A stretch of DNA of 64,000 bases from a virus (lineage: Duplodnaviria; Caudoviricetes): the IMG/VR virus record IMGVR_UViG_3300036827_000034, positions 35 through 64,034 of that record, one strand, 5' to 3'. Positions 47,737 through 55,369 of the stretch are shown here, one piece after another. A program made the position numbers and the translations under genes. Within the stretch, counting starts at the first letter, position 1; every line of letters begins with the position of its first letter. The notes beneath the pieces are model-generated. The model was not told the DNA's origin and made no database searches. It saw nothing but the letters and a program-made list of their open reading frames with translations.

Positions 47737-47928
47737 CTATCTTGCGCGCGCAGCAAGCGCGCGTTTGCATTTTTGGCAAGTGACCGCCTCGGGACGATTT
47801 GTCCAGAGCGTGATCTTGAGATTTATCGCTCGCGGCACTTTGTAGCAGAGTGCCGATACGTCGCCATTCGCGTTGATCTTGGCCGCGAAATGGTAGATTT
47901 TTTCATCGTGATATGGGTCGCGGCGCAT
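47737..47928 (-). CDS. Hypothetical protein (array)
   Basis: H...SALC...WT....VTC.KC. Confidence 0.65.
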   Translation of the reverse strand: MRRDPYHDEKIYHFAAKINANGDVSALCYKVPRAINLKITLWTNRPEAVTCQKCKRALAARAR

Positions 47929-47951
47929 CGGGCCTTTCTTTGAAAACTTCT

Positions 47952-48164
47952 CTAATCATATTCTGCCGTCAGCGTGATGGGTGATTTCGAGTTAAACCAC
48001 ATCACCACTTCTAGTCCGTCAGCGCCGCAGAGCCGCGCCCAAAAACAATTCTTGTCCATCTGCTCGACATGCAGGATGCCGGTCCCCACCACTTCATCGG
48101 TGTCCTCACAACGTCCGGTGCCATCAATTGATGCACCCTCGTTTGGTCGGATTTCCGTTTTCAT
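47952..48164 (-). CDS. Hypothetical protein (array)
   Basis: DEVV...HVEQMD...W. Confidence 0.65.
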   Translation of the reverse strand: MKTEIRPNEGASIDGTGRCEDTDEVVGTGILHVEQMDKNCFWARLCGADGLEVVMWFNSKSPITLTAEYD

Positions 48165-48176
48165 AGGCGGCTCCTG

Positions 48177-48356
48177 TTAGACGGTTTTCGCAGCGTCAAC
48201 GAGGATCGCGTATGACCTCGCTGTTGCATTCATTTCATCTGCCCATTCCTGGGCCTCCCACCGATAACGGATTGGTCCCTCGCGGTAGCCATTTGATCCG
48301 ATGATATAGGACCAGCCGTTATCCTCAGTTTCAACTGTGTATGTCGGCGTAGCCAT
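48177..48356 (-). CDS. 59-aa hypothetical protein (array)
   Basis: MATPTYTVE...AAKTV*; bounded by junction motifs; not in ORF track. Confidence 0.6.
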   Translation of the reverse strand: MATPTYTVETEDNGWSYIIGSNGYREGPIRYRWEAQEWADEMNATARSYAILVDAAKTV

Positions 48357-48368
48357 GACCGGCCTTTG

Positions 48369-48722
48369 TTAGACAGATTCGCGGATCGAACGAAGGTGCG
48401 CGATGGTTCGATCAAATTCGCCCATGATTGTTGTAACGCGGGCGCGCTTGCGGCGGCGATGTCCCCACCATTCGATAATGCGGGCGATCCGGCAGGCATC
48501 CCATCCCTTCGATAAACCAGCAAGCGTTACGATTGTAACTAGCGGCCAGTCATTACAGCCATGCTCAATCAAGCGAAAGTCTTTGAGATCAGCCGCGTAT
48601 GACCTGACGCCCGTTTCCGGCTGATACGATCCATAGCTATTGTGCCAGATCGCGTGCGTAAGATAGTACCCGCCAAAATCAATGTGGCCGATACTCTCGC
48701 TATATGGTTCGCCATCACGCAT
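48369..48722 (-). CDS. Hypothetical protein (array)
   Basis: Bounded by junction motifs. Confidence 0.55.
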   Translation of the reverse strand: MRDGEPYSESIGHIDFGGYYLTHAIWHNSYGSYQPETGVRSYAADLKDFRLIEHGCNDWPLVTIVTLAGLSKGWDACRIARIIEWWGHRRRKRARVTTIMGEFDRTIAHLRSIRESV

Positions 48723-48769
48723 GTTCCCGGCCATTCTTTATTCCGCGACATGGGCGGCCCTTCTTCGTC

Positions 48770-48982
48770 TCAACGAAGGAATGATCGTTCAGCAAATTTG
48801 CGGCGGGCGATGGCGACCGTCACACCCGCTTGCCTTGCAGCATTTCGGATAGTCCGTTCACTTTCTTCATGCTCGATCCAATCGGCCACGCGCCCGCACC
48901 GCTCAGCTTCGCTGTTATCGCCTTCATTTGAGCGCAGCCAAGCCAGTGCGGTATTGAGGTCATCGGTGCTGGGCATCTTCAT
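48770..48982 (-). CDS. Hypothetical protein (array)
   Basis: A..WL..NEGD..E...C..VA.W. Confidence 0.65.
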   Translation of the reverse strand: MKMPSTDDLNTALAWLRSNEGDNSEAERCGRVADWIEHEESERTIRNAARQAGVTVAIARRKFAERSFLR

Positions 48983-48990
48983 GGGCGGCC

Positions 48991-49176
48991 TCACTTTGAC
49001 GTTTTAATCATGTCTCGCTCATTCATCGTATCAACGATGTAGTGAGCCATTTCGATGGTCCAATGCGAGTCGATCCCAGGAGCATAAGGGAACATATCTG
49101 CGACCCGCTTGCCGTCGCGCAAGATGCGTAAATAGCCCTTCATCTTGCCATCTGACTGATCGATCAACTGCCACAT
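48991..49176 (-). CDS. Hypothetical protein (array)
   Basis: Bounded by junction motifs. Confidence 0.6.
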   Translation of the reverse strand: MWQLIDQSDGKMKGYLRILRDGKRVADMFPYAPGIDSHWTIEMAHYIVDTMNERDMIKTSK

Positions 49177-49195
49177 TGGTCCGGCCTTTCTTAGG

Positions 49196-49555
49196 TCAAA
49201 TGTGATCGGGATGACTGGGGCCCAGATAATAAGAAAACTTCTGATTTGGTATCCTAGCTTTTAGTGCCCGATAGGCGGCAGTTACGGCGATCTTTGCTGC
49301 ACTAATCCATTCGCTGTTGTGGTAGCGGTTTGGGTCTTTACTCGCTGCAGGCGGCAGGGCGATGACGACAAATTCTGCTTCGCCAATTTGTAGGTCGGCA
49401 CCTAAGAGAGCGAAGCCAGCATTGCCATCAACGCCAAGTTCAGCGCGCTCCAATCCGGGCTCTTTGCATCCATCGCAAACGCGATCCTCAACGGCCACAT
49501 AGGCGTCGAAGGCTTCGCCGCAATAACGGCAGCAAGTAATTGGTTCATAGCCCAT
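49196..49555 (-). CDS. Hypothetical protein with N-terminal C..C motifs (array)
   Basis: Bounded by junction motifs. Confidence 0.65.
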   Translation of the reverse strand: MGYEPITCCRYCGEAFDAYVAVEDRVCDGCKEPGLERAELGVDGNAGFALLGADLQIGEAEFVVIALPPAASKDPNRYHNSEWISAAKIAVTAAYRALKARIPNQKFSYYLGPSHPDHI

Positions 49556-49569
49556 TTTGGCGGCCCTTT

Positions 49570-49836
49570 CTAGACAGTTTCAGCTTTAGCGATAGCGGAG
49601 CGCATTCTGGCGATTGCCTCGCAATGTTCGCATCCTGGAGTTTTGCCGTCGCAACCGCCTGGACTTTCGTCATTGACGATAAATGGCAGTGCTCGCTGTA
49701 GCGCAATGAGCATGTCAGGCGCGGCAGCGATGGTTGCCTTTTGTTCGTCGGTCACGTTCCAGAATGTAATATCACGCAGCAATGTCAACTGGCGCTCTGG
49801 ATCGCAAAGTTGATTTCCTCGCCACATCCAAGCCAT
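49570..49836 (-). CDS. Hypothetical protein (array)
   Basis: IAAAPDML.AL...AIAKAE phage motif. Confidence 0.7.
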   Translation of the reverse strand: MAWMWRGNQLCDPERQLTLLRDITFWNVTDEQKATIAAAPDMLIALQRALPFIVNDESPGGCDGKTPGCEHCEAIARMRSAIAKAETV

Positions 49837-49861
49837 AGCTATCGGGCCTTTCTTTTACAAC

Positions 49862-50029
49862 TCAAGCTGCGCATTTTTTGCAGCAGTAAATATCGAAATT
49901 TGGTCCGTTCTGCTGCGTGATCCATCCGGCAGACTCGATGACCTTTTTCGCGTCGATCTTGCCATCCTCGGCATTGACGGAGAGGCTTTTTTCCCGTCCA
50001 CACATCACGCAGTAGAAATCGAGCTTCAT
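49862..50029 (-). CDS. 55-aa Zn-ribbon-like protein (array)
   Basis: FYCVMCG...GW...YCCKKC; not in ORF track. Confidence 0.65.
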   Translation of the reverse strand: MKLDFYCVMCGREKSLSVNAEDGKIDAKKVIESAGWITQQNGPNFDIYCCKKCAA

Positions 50030-50037
50030 GACGGGCC

Positions 50038-50253
50038 TCATTTAGAGATTTCGCCGTTCGTCATGGCCTGCTTATAGAGCCAATCACAAGCGGCGCAGTT
50101 AATTTCATAGCTTGGCTGCTGCATCGCCACAAAGTATGCGCTGTACCATGGATTTTTTGTTGTCTTGTTCCATGGATGATCGGGGCGACAAGCGTGCAAA
50201 GCATTGAGAACTGTGGGGTTCCGCGTCATCTGGCAAATCTGGTCTAAGGTCAT
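50038..50253 (-). CDS. Hypothetical protein, first gene of the array
   Basis: GGGAG RBS; directly downstream of promoter. Confidence 0.6.
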   Translation of the reverse strand: MTLDQICQMTRNPTVLNALHACRPDHPWNKTTKNPWYSAYFVAMQQPSYEINCAACDWLYKQAMTNGEISK

Positions 50254-50278
50254 TTGCTTTCTCCCTATCTCTGAAAAC

Positions 50279-50307
50279 ACTCTAATCTGCCGTTTCTAAT
50301 AAGTCAA
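50279..50307 (-). promoter_or_regulatory. Sigma70-type promoter directed into the array
   Basis: TTGACT-17nt-TAGAGT. Confidence 0.7.
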
Positions 50308-50320
50308 CAACAATTCGACA
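50293..50320. promoter_or_regulatory. Candidate 28-bp serine recombinase site (13+2+13)
   Basis: TTTCTAATAAGTC-AA-CAACAATTCGACA; right arm reads TGTCGAATTGTTG on the other strand. Confidence 0.4.
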
Positions 50321-50339
50321 GTATCGCCGCGATTTTTGA

Positions 50340-50369
50340 TTGACAAGGCACCCTCGATTCTCATAGCTT
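50340..50369 (+). promoter_or_regulatory. Promoter of recombinase (likely leaderless mRNA)
   Basis: TTGACA-18nt-TAGCTT, ATG 6 nt later, no SD. Confidence 0.5.
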
Positions 50370-50375
50370 GGCGCA

Positions 50376-51011
50376 ATGGGAAAGTCGCCAAAACCGCCGC
50401 TTCCGGGAAATCCGCCCCTGTTCGTCGGCTATGCCCGCGTTTCGACGGCAGAACAAAACCTCGATTTGCAGACCGACGCACTGCTCAAGGCTGGCGTCCA
50501 TCCCGACCATATCCACACCGAATACGTCTCAGGCGCTGCCAAGCGCCGCCCCTCGCTGGACATGGCGATCAAGGACCTCAGACCGGGCGATACGCTTGTT
50601 GTTTGGCGGCTCGACCGGCTGGCGCGGTCCATGCGCGACCTCTACAGCCGTCTGGATGACATATTCGCGGCGGGCGCAGCCTTCAAAAGCGTCACGGAAA
50701 GCTTCGATTTCAACACCGCTATCGGCAAGCTCTACCTCGCCATTGCCGGGGCGTTCGCGGAGTTTGAACGCCAGCTTATCAGCCAGCGGACCAAAGCCGG
50801 GATGCAGGCCCGCAAGGACCGGGGCCACACCCTCGGGCGCTCCCCGACGATGGACGACAAGATGCAGGCTGCGACCTTCGCCATGCTCAAGGCCGGGCGC
50901 TCAGTTGCTTACACCGCCGGAAAGCAAAAGGTGTCGAAAGCCACCATCTACAATTACTTTCGGATCACCCGGAAGAACGGTAAAGTTGTCATTACGAAAC
51001 GGGAAACTTGA
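50376..51011 (+). CDS. Small serine recombinase (Hin/Pin-like invertase/resolvase)
   Basis: GYARVST.EQNLDLQ, SG...RP.L, GDTLVVWRLDRLARS, FAEFER.LI..RT.AG, GR, C-terminal HTH VSKATIYNY. Confidence 0.96.
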   Translation: MGKSPKPPLPGNPPLFVGYARVSTAEQNLDLQTDALLKAGVHPDHIHTEYVSGAAKRRPSLDMAIKDLRPGDTLVVWRLDRLARSMRDLYSRLDDIFAAGAAFKSVTESFDFNTAIGKLYLAIAGAFAEFERQLISQRTKAGMQARKDRGHTLGRSPTMDDKMQAATFAMLKAGRSVAYTAGKQKVSKATIYNYFRITRKNGKVVITKRET

Positions 51012-51021
51012 GGAGCCGAGC

Positions 51022-51417
51022 GTGAAGCTGCACAACGGAGTTTATGACACCAATCCAGAAACCGCGTCAGAATTTCCTCACGGCCCGGTTATCGAAATGG
51101 ATGACGGAAGGTGCATTAGTTTTGATTTGCATATGGAACCACAGGCAGTGACGTGTTTTGGGGCGCTGGCGAAAATGCCACGAGCACCATTGCCAAGGTC
51201 GTCTCTACTCCAAAATGATGTGAACTATCTGCGAAAGTTCACCGATGCGATCACGCCTAACGATGTTCGCGGATGGTTTCAAGAACGTCTAGAAAACTGT
51301 TTGCGCCACGCTGCTAATAATAGCGGCGAGGATCGGCGCGGTTGGTTAGAGGATGCGGCGTTCTTTTCGGCGGCCGTCGATCTTGTCACCAGTTTCCCAT
51401 TCTCACTGAACCAATAA
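51022..51417 (+). CDS. Hypothetical protein
   Basis: GAGGAG RBS + GTG; WF.ERL.NC.R.A...GWLEDA..F. Confidence 0.65.
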   Translation: MKLHNGVYDTNPETASEFPHGPVIEMDDGRCISFDLHMEPQAVTCFGALAKMPRAPLPRSSLLQNDVNYLRKFTDAITPNDVRGWFQERLENCLRHAANNSGEDRRGWLEDAAFFSAAVDLVTSFPFSLNQ

Positions 51418-51423
51418 AGGAGC

Positions 51424-51516
51424 ATGACAATGTGTAGATGTATCTATTCGAGCGACTGCCCGTATGGCGAACACGGATACTGTCTGAGCCACGCTTTGTG
51501 GTTTTGGGCCGTCTAA
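51424..51516 (+). CDS. 30-aa Cys-rich peptide
   Basis: AAGGAG RBS; MTMCRCIYSSDCPYGEHGYCLSH...; ends GTC TAA like array genes. Confidence 0.45.
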   Translation: MTMCRCIYSSDCPYGEHGYCLSHALWFWAV

Positions 51517-51530
51517 AAAGGCAGTGGGGC

Positions 51531-51695
51531 GTGGAGAACAAAGAGATTGCAGATCGATTGCGCGACATGAAACGCGAAGTCGAAAAAATAGGATTTGCCC
51601 TCAGCCTTCTTGTTCATGATCGTGCCGAAGTTGAGAATAAGGTTCACATGATAAATTGTTGGATAGATGATGCCATTGCGGCGTTGTCAAACTGA
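51531..51695 (+). CDS. Hypothetical protein
   Basis: GTG after CGTCTAAAAAGG motif. Confidence 0.5.
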   Translation: MENKEIADRLRDMKREVEKIGFALSLLVHDRAEVENKVHMINCWIDDAIAALSN

Positions 51696-51749
51696 AGAGC
51701 GCCGGGGCGATGAACGCAAAAACACTATCTGAGGCATTGCTTGCGGCCC

Positions 51750-51977
51750 TTAAAAAGAATGAGGCTCGAACTTAACATGCCCGCTTTTGATCGCAGCCAA
51801 AGCATCCTCGCCATATTCCAGTCTGCAGGCGACGAACACTTGCTGAAGTTCTTCCTTCGATAGTCCTGGCGCTCGCTTGACGATTTCCATAATCAGCATG
51901 TCGTCGTCGGATGCGTCGTCATGGCCGCCTTTGCGGAGAATGTCCGCTCCGAACGGCGCCAGCTTCCATCCGTTCAT
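51750..51977 (-). CDS. Hypothetical protein
   Basis: ATGA overlap. Confidence 0.6.
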   Translation of the reverse strand: MNGWKLAPFGADILRKGGHDDASDDDMLIMEIVKRAPGLSKEELQQVFVACRLEYGEDALAAIKSGHVKFEPHSF

Positions 51978-52216
51978 TTCTTGTTTCTCTCAAACTCTTG
52001 CATTCGTTTGAACAACGAAAAATTATTGGCTGAATTGACTGGATTAGCGTAATCGTAGCGCCCGCTATAGCCGGTACAATTCTCTCTCCTATCAATCCAA
52101 CGCAACCACGCCACTTCCATCGTAAGCAATGTAACTGGATGCCATGCGAACCAGGGCTTCCAAGCATTTACGCGCTCCCAAAATTCGGGACTATCAGCAG
52201 GAGGCAGTGGTTTCAT
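51974..52216 (-). CDS. Hypothetical protein
   Basis: W..WFAWHPV...WL.W..R phage motif. Confidence 0.7.
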   Translation of the reverse strand: MKPLPPADSPEFWERVNAWKPWFAWHPVTLLTMEVAWLRWIDRRENCTGYSGRYDYANPVNSANNFSLFKRMQEFERNKK

Positions 52217-52440
52217 TTCGATCCCCTCTTGAACGGATTTGCCCCGCCCTTCCAGCCATTACCGCGGCAGAAATGGCATTGAACCCAAGTCTTACCGTGG
52301 CCGATCCGGCCATGCCCGTTACATTGCGAGCAGCCTTCCGCTCCCGCGTTAATGATATAGCCGTATAGCGGCCAGATCGAATCGAGGGCTGCTTTCAATT
52401 GTTGAGCGTCTTTGGCGGGGAGGGGGCGGATGTTTGACAT
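52213..52440 (-). CDS. DnaJ-type Zn-finger small protein
   Basis: CSQCNGHG, CHFCRGNG. Confidence 0.65.
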   Translation of the reverse strand: MSNIRPLPAKDAQQLKAALDSIWPLYGYIINAGAEGCSQCNGHGRIGHGKTWVQCHFCRGNGWKGGANPFKRGSK

Positions 52441-52555
52441 GCCCGAAAACTACGCCGCTTCCCTTATCGCCGCAAGCATCTTTTGGATTTTCCCAATTGA
52501 CACGGCTCGAGCTTGTGGACTAGCGTTTTCCACAGTCTTAGTCGCGGGGGAAATC

Positions 52556-52972
52556 ATGCAAAATCGCTGTCCATGTTGCGGGGGCAATCTCGAGCCACAG
52601 ACCTTTTGGGATAAGCCGCGGCGGATAGTCTCCACGCCGCTTGGTCAGGTCGATCTATCCGGTTGCTGGCTGCAAGCCGACATCTTCGACTTGCTCTGGC
52701 GACAAGTGCCGAACCTCACCATGGATCGAATCCTCAATCTGGCTTATGCCCACGTCAAGAATAGCGCGACATCATCTACGATCTATATGACAATGCGGCG
52801 GTTGAAAGTTCATGTCGCCGTCATCGGCATTGAGATAGTTTCAGGCCGCAAAGGCGGTGATGGCTATCACCTCGTACTGCCGCAGGCTCAACGCCAAACG
52901 ACTTCGATAATCGCTACCCAAATCAAAAGCGTGCAAACGAAAAGCGTGATCGAAGAAATCTCGGCTAGATGA
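52556..52972 (+). CDS. OmpR/PhoB-like winged-helix regulator
   Basis: CPCCG N-terminus, IFDLL, M.RLK, GYHL; own promoter (TTGACA 52497). Confidence 0.65.
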   Translation: MQNRCPCCGGNLEPQTFWDKPRRIVSTPLGQVDLSGCWLQADIFDLLWRQVPNLTMDRILNLAYAHVKNSATSSTIYMTMRRLKVHVAVIGIEIVSGRKGGDGYHLVLPQAQRQTTSIIATQIKSVQTKSVIEEISAR

Positions 52973-53032
52973 CGGATCATGTTGGCTCCTTCGGTTGAAG
53001 GGCCATCGTCGCAGCCAAACCTTTCGGAACCG

Positions 53033-53669
53033 TTAAGGCTTCGCCATAAAGCATTGCCCGCGGCGGCATGAACCTTCCTTGTCCGCGACGATCACTTTCG
53101 TCAGTGTGATCGGGTTCTTGACCACCTGCGACGGCATCAGTTCGACATCGACCGAGCCATCCTCCCTAAGCCCTACCACCACGCCGGGGAATATCCCGAC
53201 GCCTAGGGAACGGTATTTGATCGGGTCGCCGACTTTCATCGCACCACATTGAGTAAATCGACATGCCATCGTTCGCTGGTGTGTTTGCCGTCCCATTTGA
53301 CGGAAACTAATTGATAGATCGGATAGCGACTTACGACGATGCCGACCTTCCCGCCGATGGCTTGGCGTCTGGCCTCCTTGGAAGGCTTCACCTTGACGCC
53401 CTTGCCATAAAGGTCCGGGTTATGCTCGCTCACGGTAGTTCCCTAGCCTCTACGCCCGGCCAGGATGCGAAATCCTCGGCAAAGGCTTCCCGCTCCTCGG
53501 GCGAAGCGAAGAAAAGCATCAGCGGGGCTGTGGCGCCTTCTGGATAGGTCAGGATTTCGACCGCAGCGAGCGGCAATTCCACGCCAGGGGCTACCATGAC
53601 GCAGCGTTGATCTGGCGTAACCGTCGCCTCAATCAAGATGCGCTCGCCTGCGTTGAACTTCTGGCCCAT
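53033..53669 (-). CDS. Three short SH3-like/hypothetical ORFs (53033-53239, 53236-53433, 53430-53669)
   Basis: Chained stop/start overlaps; MKVGD..., G..VKV...G.V. Confidence 0.5.
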
Positions 53670-53781
53670 TTCCGCCTTTCCTCAAATGTCGAGCGCCGAA
53701 CCAGCTAATCGGGGGCGATGAATACCGGCTCGGCGCTCTGCCCGAGTTGCGCGGGAGGCGCTACGCCTCGGATGCAGGAAC

Positions 53782-53809
53782 ATTTAAGGCAGAATCGCTT
53801 ACCTGACAA
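53782..53809 (-). promoter_or_regulatory. Putative promoter followed by hairpin-rich leader (53690-53775)
   Basis: TTGTCA-17nt-TAAATG-like; GAGCGCCGA/TCGGCGCTC stem. Confidence 0.4.
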
Positions 53810-53851
53810 TGTGGATAGCTTTGATAGCTGTGATTTCCACAAGGGCTAGTA

Positions 53852-54493
53852 TCAAATTTCGCCTTCGCCCGCTGTTTGCTCGAGCAGTTCGCGCGCTGGC
53901 GATGTGCCGTAGATATTGCGGAGTTGATCGTCGCTGAAAGGTTTGAATCGCTTCATCGGCCCTTTGCTTTCAACCAGCCAGCTATAGGCGACCCATAAGC
54001 CCTGATCGTCCACTTTCCATTCGCGGTGATCGGCATCAGCGGTGAGTGCTTTCAATCGCTCATATTGCGGCGAATCGGGTTTCACGAGGATGGTTGCGAA
54101 AGCTCCCGGACCGGCAGGCGGTGCCCTCAATCGCCGCAATGGCGTCCGGTGTTTTGCGTATTCTGCCAGCCGATCGAGACGCGCCGCTTCGGCCTCGCAA
54201 GCCTCTTTGACATCGGCCACATCGGGCAATCCAGACCAACCGTTTTCAGTCTTGCGCGATGGTATCCCACCGTAAGGATCGGTGACAGCCTTCACTACCT
54301 CAGCGGAATAATGCGCTAGCACCATTGTTATTGCGGCGGTGTAGGTATCCGCATCAGCGGCTTGATCGCGGCGGTAGCATCCGAACATCAACCGCGCCCG
54401 CTCCCCCGCGTAGATCGGTGAGCAAGTCGTCGCGTTGGAATGCTGCGAGTTTTTCGTTGAGCCGGTCTGCGGCTGCGATGACGGATTGTCCAT
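53852..54493 (-). CDS. Replication-associated protein (helicase-loader-like position)
   Basis: FGCYR...A.D...Y..AI..VL..Y......VTDP..G.P...P..A....AC; follows initiator. Confidence 0.6.
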   Translation of the reverse strand: MDNPSSQPQTGSTKNSQHSNATTCSPIYAGERARLMFGCYRRDQAADADTYTAAITMVLAHYSAEVVKAVTDPYGGIPSRKTENGWSGLPDVADVKEACEAEAARLDRLAEYAKHRTPLRRLRAPPAGPGAFATILVKPDSPQYERLKALTADADHREWKVDDQGLWVAYSWLVESKGPMKRFKPFSDDQLRNIYGTSPARELLEQTAGEGEI

Positions 54494-55091
54494 TTCCGTT
54501 AGTTTCCTTTCTGATGTTTAGAATCCAGTTCTGCCACGCCAAATCCCACCGTGGTTTTGCAGCCAATTTGTCAGTTCTATTTGTCCAATAATTGCGGAAT
54601 TTGGTGGTTTCGGTTTTAGTTTGTCGCGCCGTTAAACCCTCACCACGCGCAAATTGAATATCGACTTCAGAAGGTTGCCAGTCATCAGGAAGTCGCGCGC
54701 CGCGTTTGCGCCCTTCCACAACTACCTTCCTATCTACTTCCTTTTTTTCTTCCTTCTTGTTTTCTTCAGTAAGTGGACTTCCAAAGAAAGTAAGAGAGGA
54801 AGAAAGTGAGAGTGGTGCACTGGTAACGGCGTTACCGTTCGTTACCGGCTGCGTTACCGGCTTTGGGTTGGCGGCCATGGCGACACCAACCGTTTGTTTT
54901 TGCTTATTTCTTTCTCGATATGCAGACTGATTAAGGGCTTTGCGGGAGCGGGTTTGTGGTAACGCAGCCGGTAACGCCGTTACCAGTGTTACCGCTTGCT
55001 CCGCAGTCCGAACCGCCAGCACGATCACGTCAGCCGGGATGTTCTTTTCCAGCATCGCCGCAACCATATCCGCGATCGGGGTTGTCCCCAC
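54354..55091 (-). CDS. Phage replication initiator (DnaT-like C-terminus)
   Basis: RGARLPDDWQP...KFRNYW...W..AWQNW; internal iterons. Confidence 0.75.
   Translation of the reverse strand: MGTTPIADMVAAMLEKNIPADVIVLAVRTAEQAVTLVTALPAALPQTRSRKALNQSAYRERNKQKQTVGVAMAANPKPVTQPVTNGNAVTSAPLSLSSSLTFFGSPLTEENKKEEKKEVDRKVVVEGRKRGARLPDDWQPSEVDIQFARGEGLTARQTKTETTKFRNYWTNRTDKLAAKPRWDLAWQNWILNIRKETNGNGQSVIAAADRLNEKLAAFQRDDLLTDLRGGAGAVDVRMLPPRSSR
54822..54993. repeat. Iteron cluster / probable replication origin
   Basis: Eight GGTAAC/GTTACC hexamers (54822, 54831, 54841, 54853, 54958, 54970, 54979, 54988) next to a pyrimidine tract at 54735-54768. Confidence 0.7.
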
Positions 55092-55127
55092 TTCGCTTGG
55101 TTCCTCTTGGCGGCTTGGTACTAGGGG

Positions 55128-55269
55128 TTGACGCTGGATGCAGCCTAAGCCATATCTCTTGCGTCTTTTAGGTCGGATTTAGCCGCCAAGCCATCATCCG
55201 ATCTGGCCCGGTTAGGCTGCACGCCTGCCGGGCCGAGACATTTCTAGGCCCCGAATCGTTCCCCCGCAA
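55128..55269. promoter_or_regulatory. Convergent promoter pair across the rep leader
   Basis: + TTGACG-17-CATATC (55128-55156); - TTGCGG-17-TAGAAA (55269-55241). Confidence 0.45.
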
Positions 55270-55369
55270 GCCCTGTCCCCGCTATTCCCAATTATAGCGT
55301 TGACTCCACAAACCGCAAGGGGTAGTGGTTGCTTGAAAGGCCCTATTTCAGGGCCATTTCTGGTGGGCC

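Larger units (their letters stand above)
46325..50048 (-). repeat. Array of about 16 junction motifs: 13-bp arm (consensus about YGTCWAAGAAAGG) + CC, at gene boundaries
   Basis: CC positions 50034, 49845, 49562, 49183, 48987, 48756, 48729, 48361, 48169, 47931, 47734, 47554, 47381, 47262, 46917, 46325; TTGTAAAAGAAAGGCC identical at 49845 and 47554. Confidence 0.75.

Noticed and set aside
46325-50048. Array as CRISPR or classical integron
   Set aside because: Repeats are degenerate ~15-mers separated by whole genes of variable length; no cas genes, no tyrosine integrase, no attC-like hairpins
50368-51021. 349-aa ORF overlapping the recombinase
   Set aside because: The 5' part is a shadow frame; a good RBS and GTG at 51022 define the likely gene
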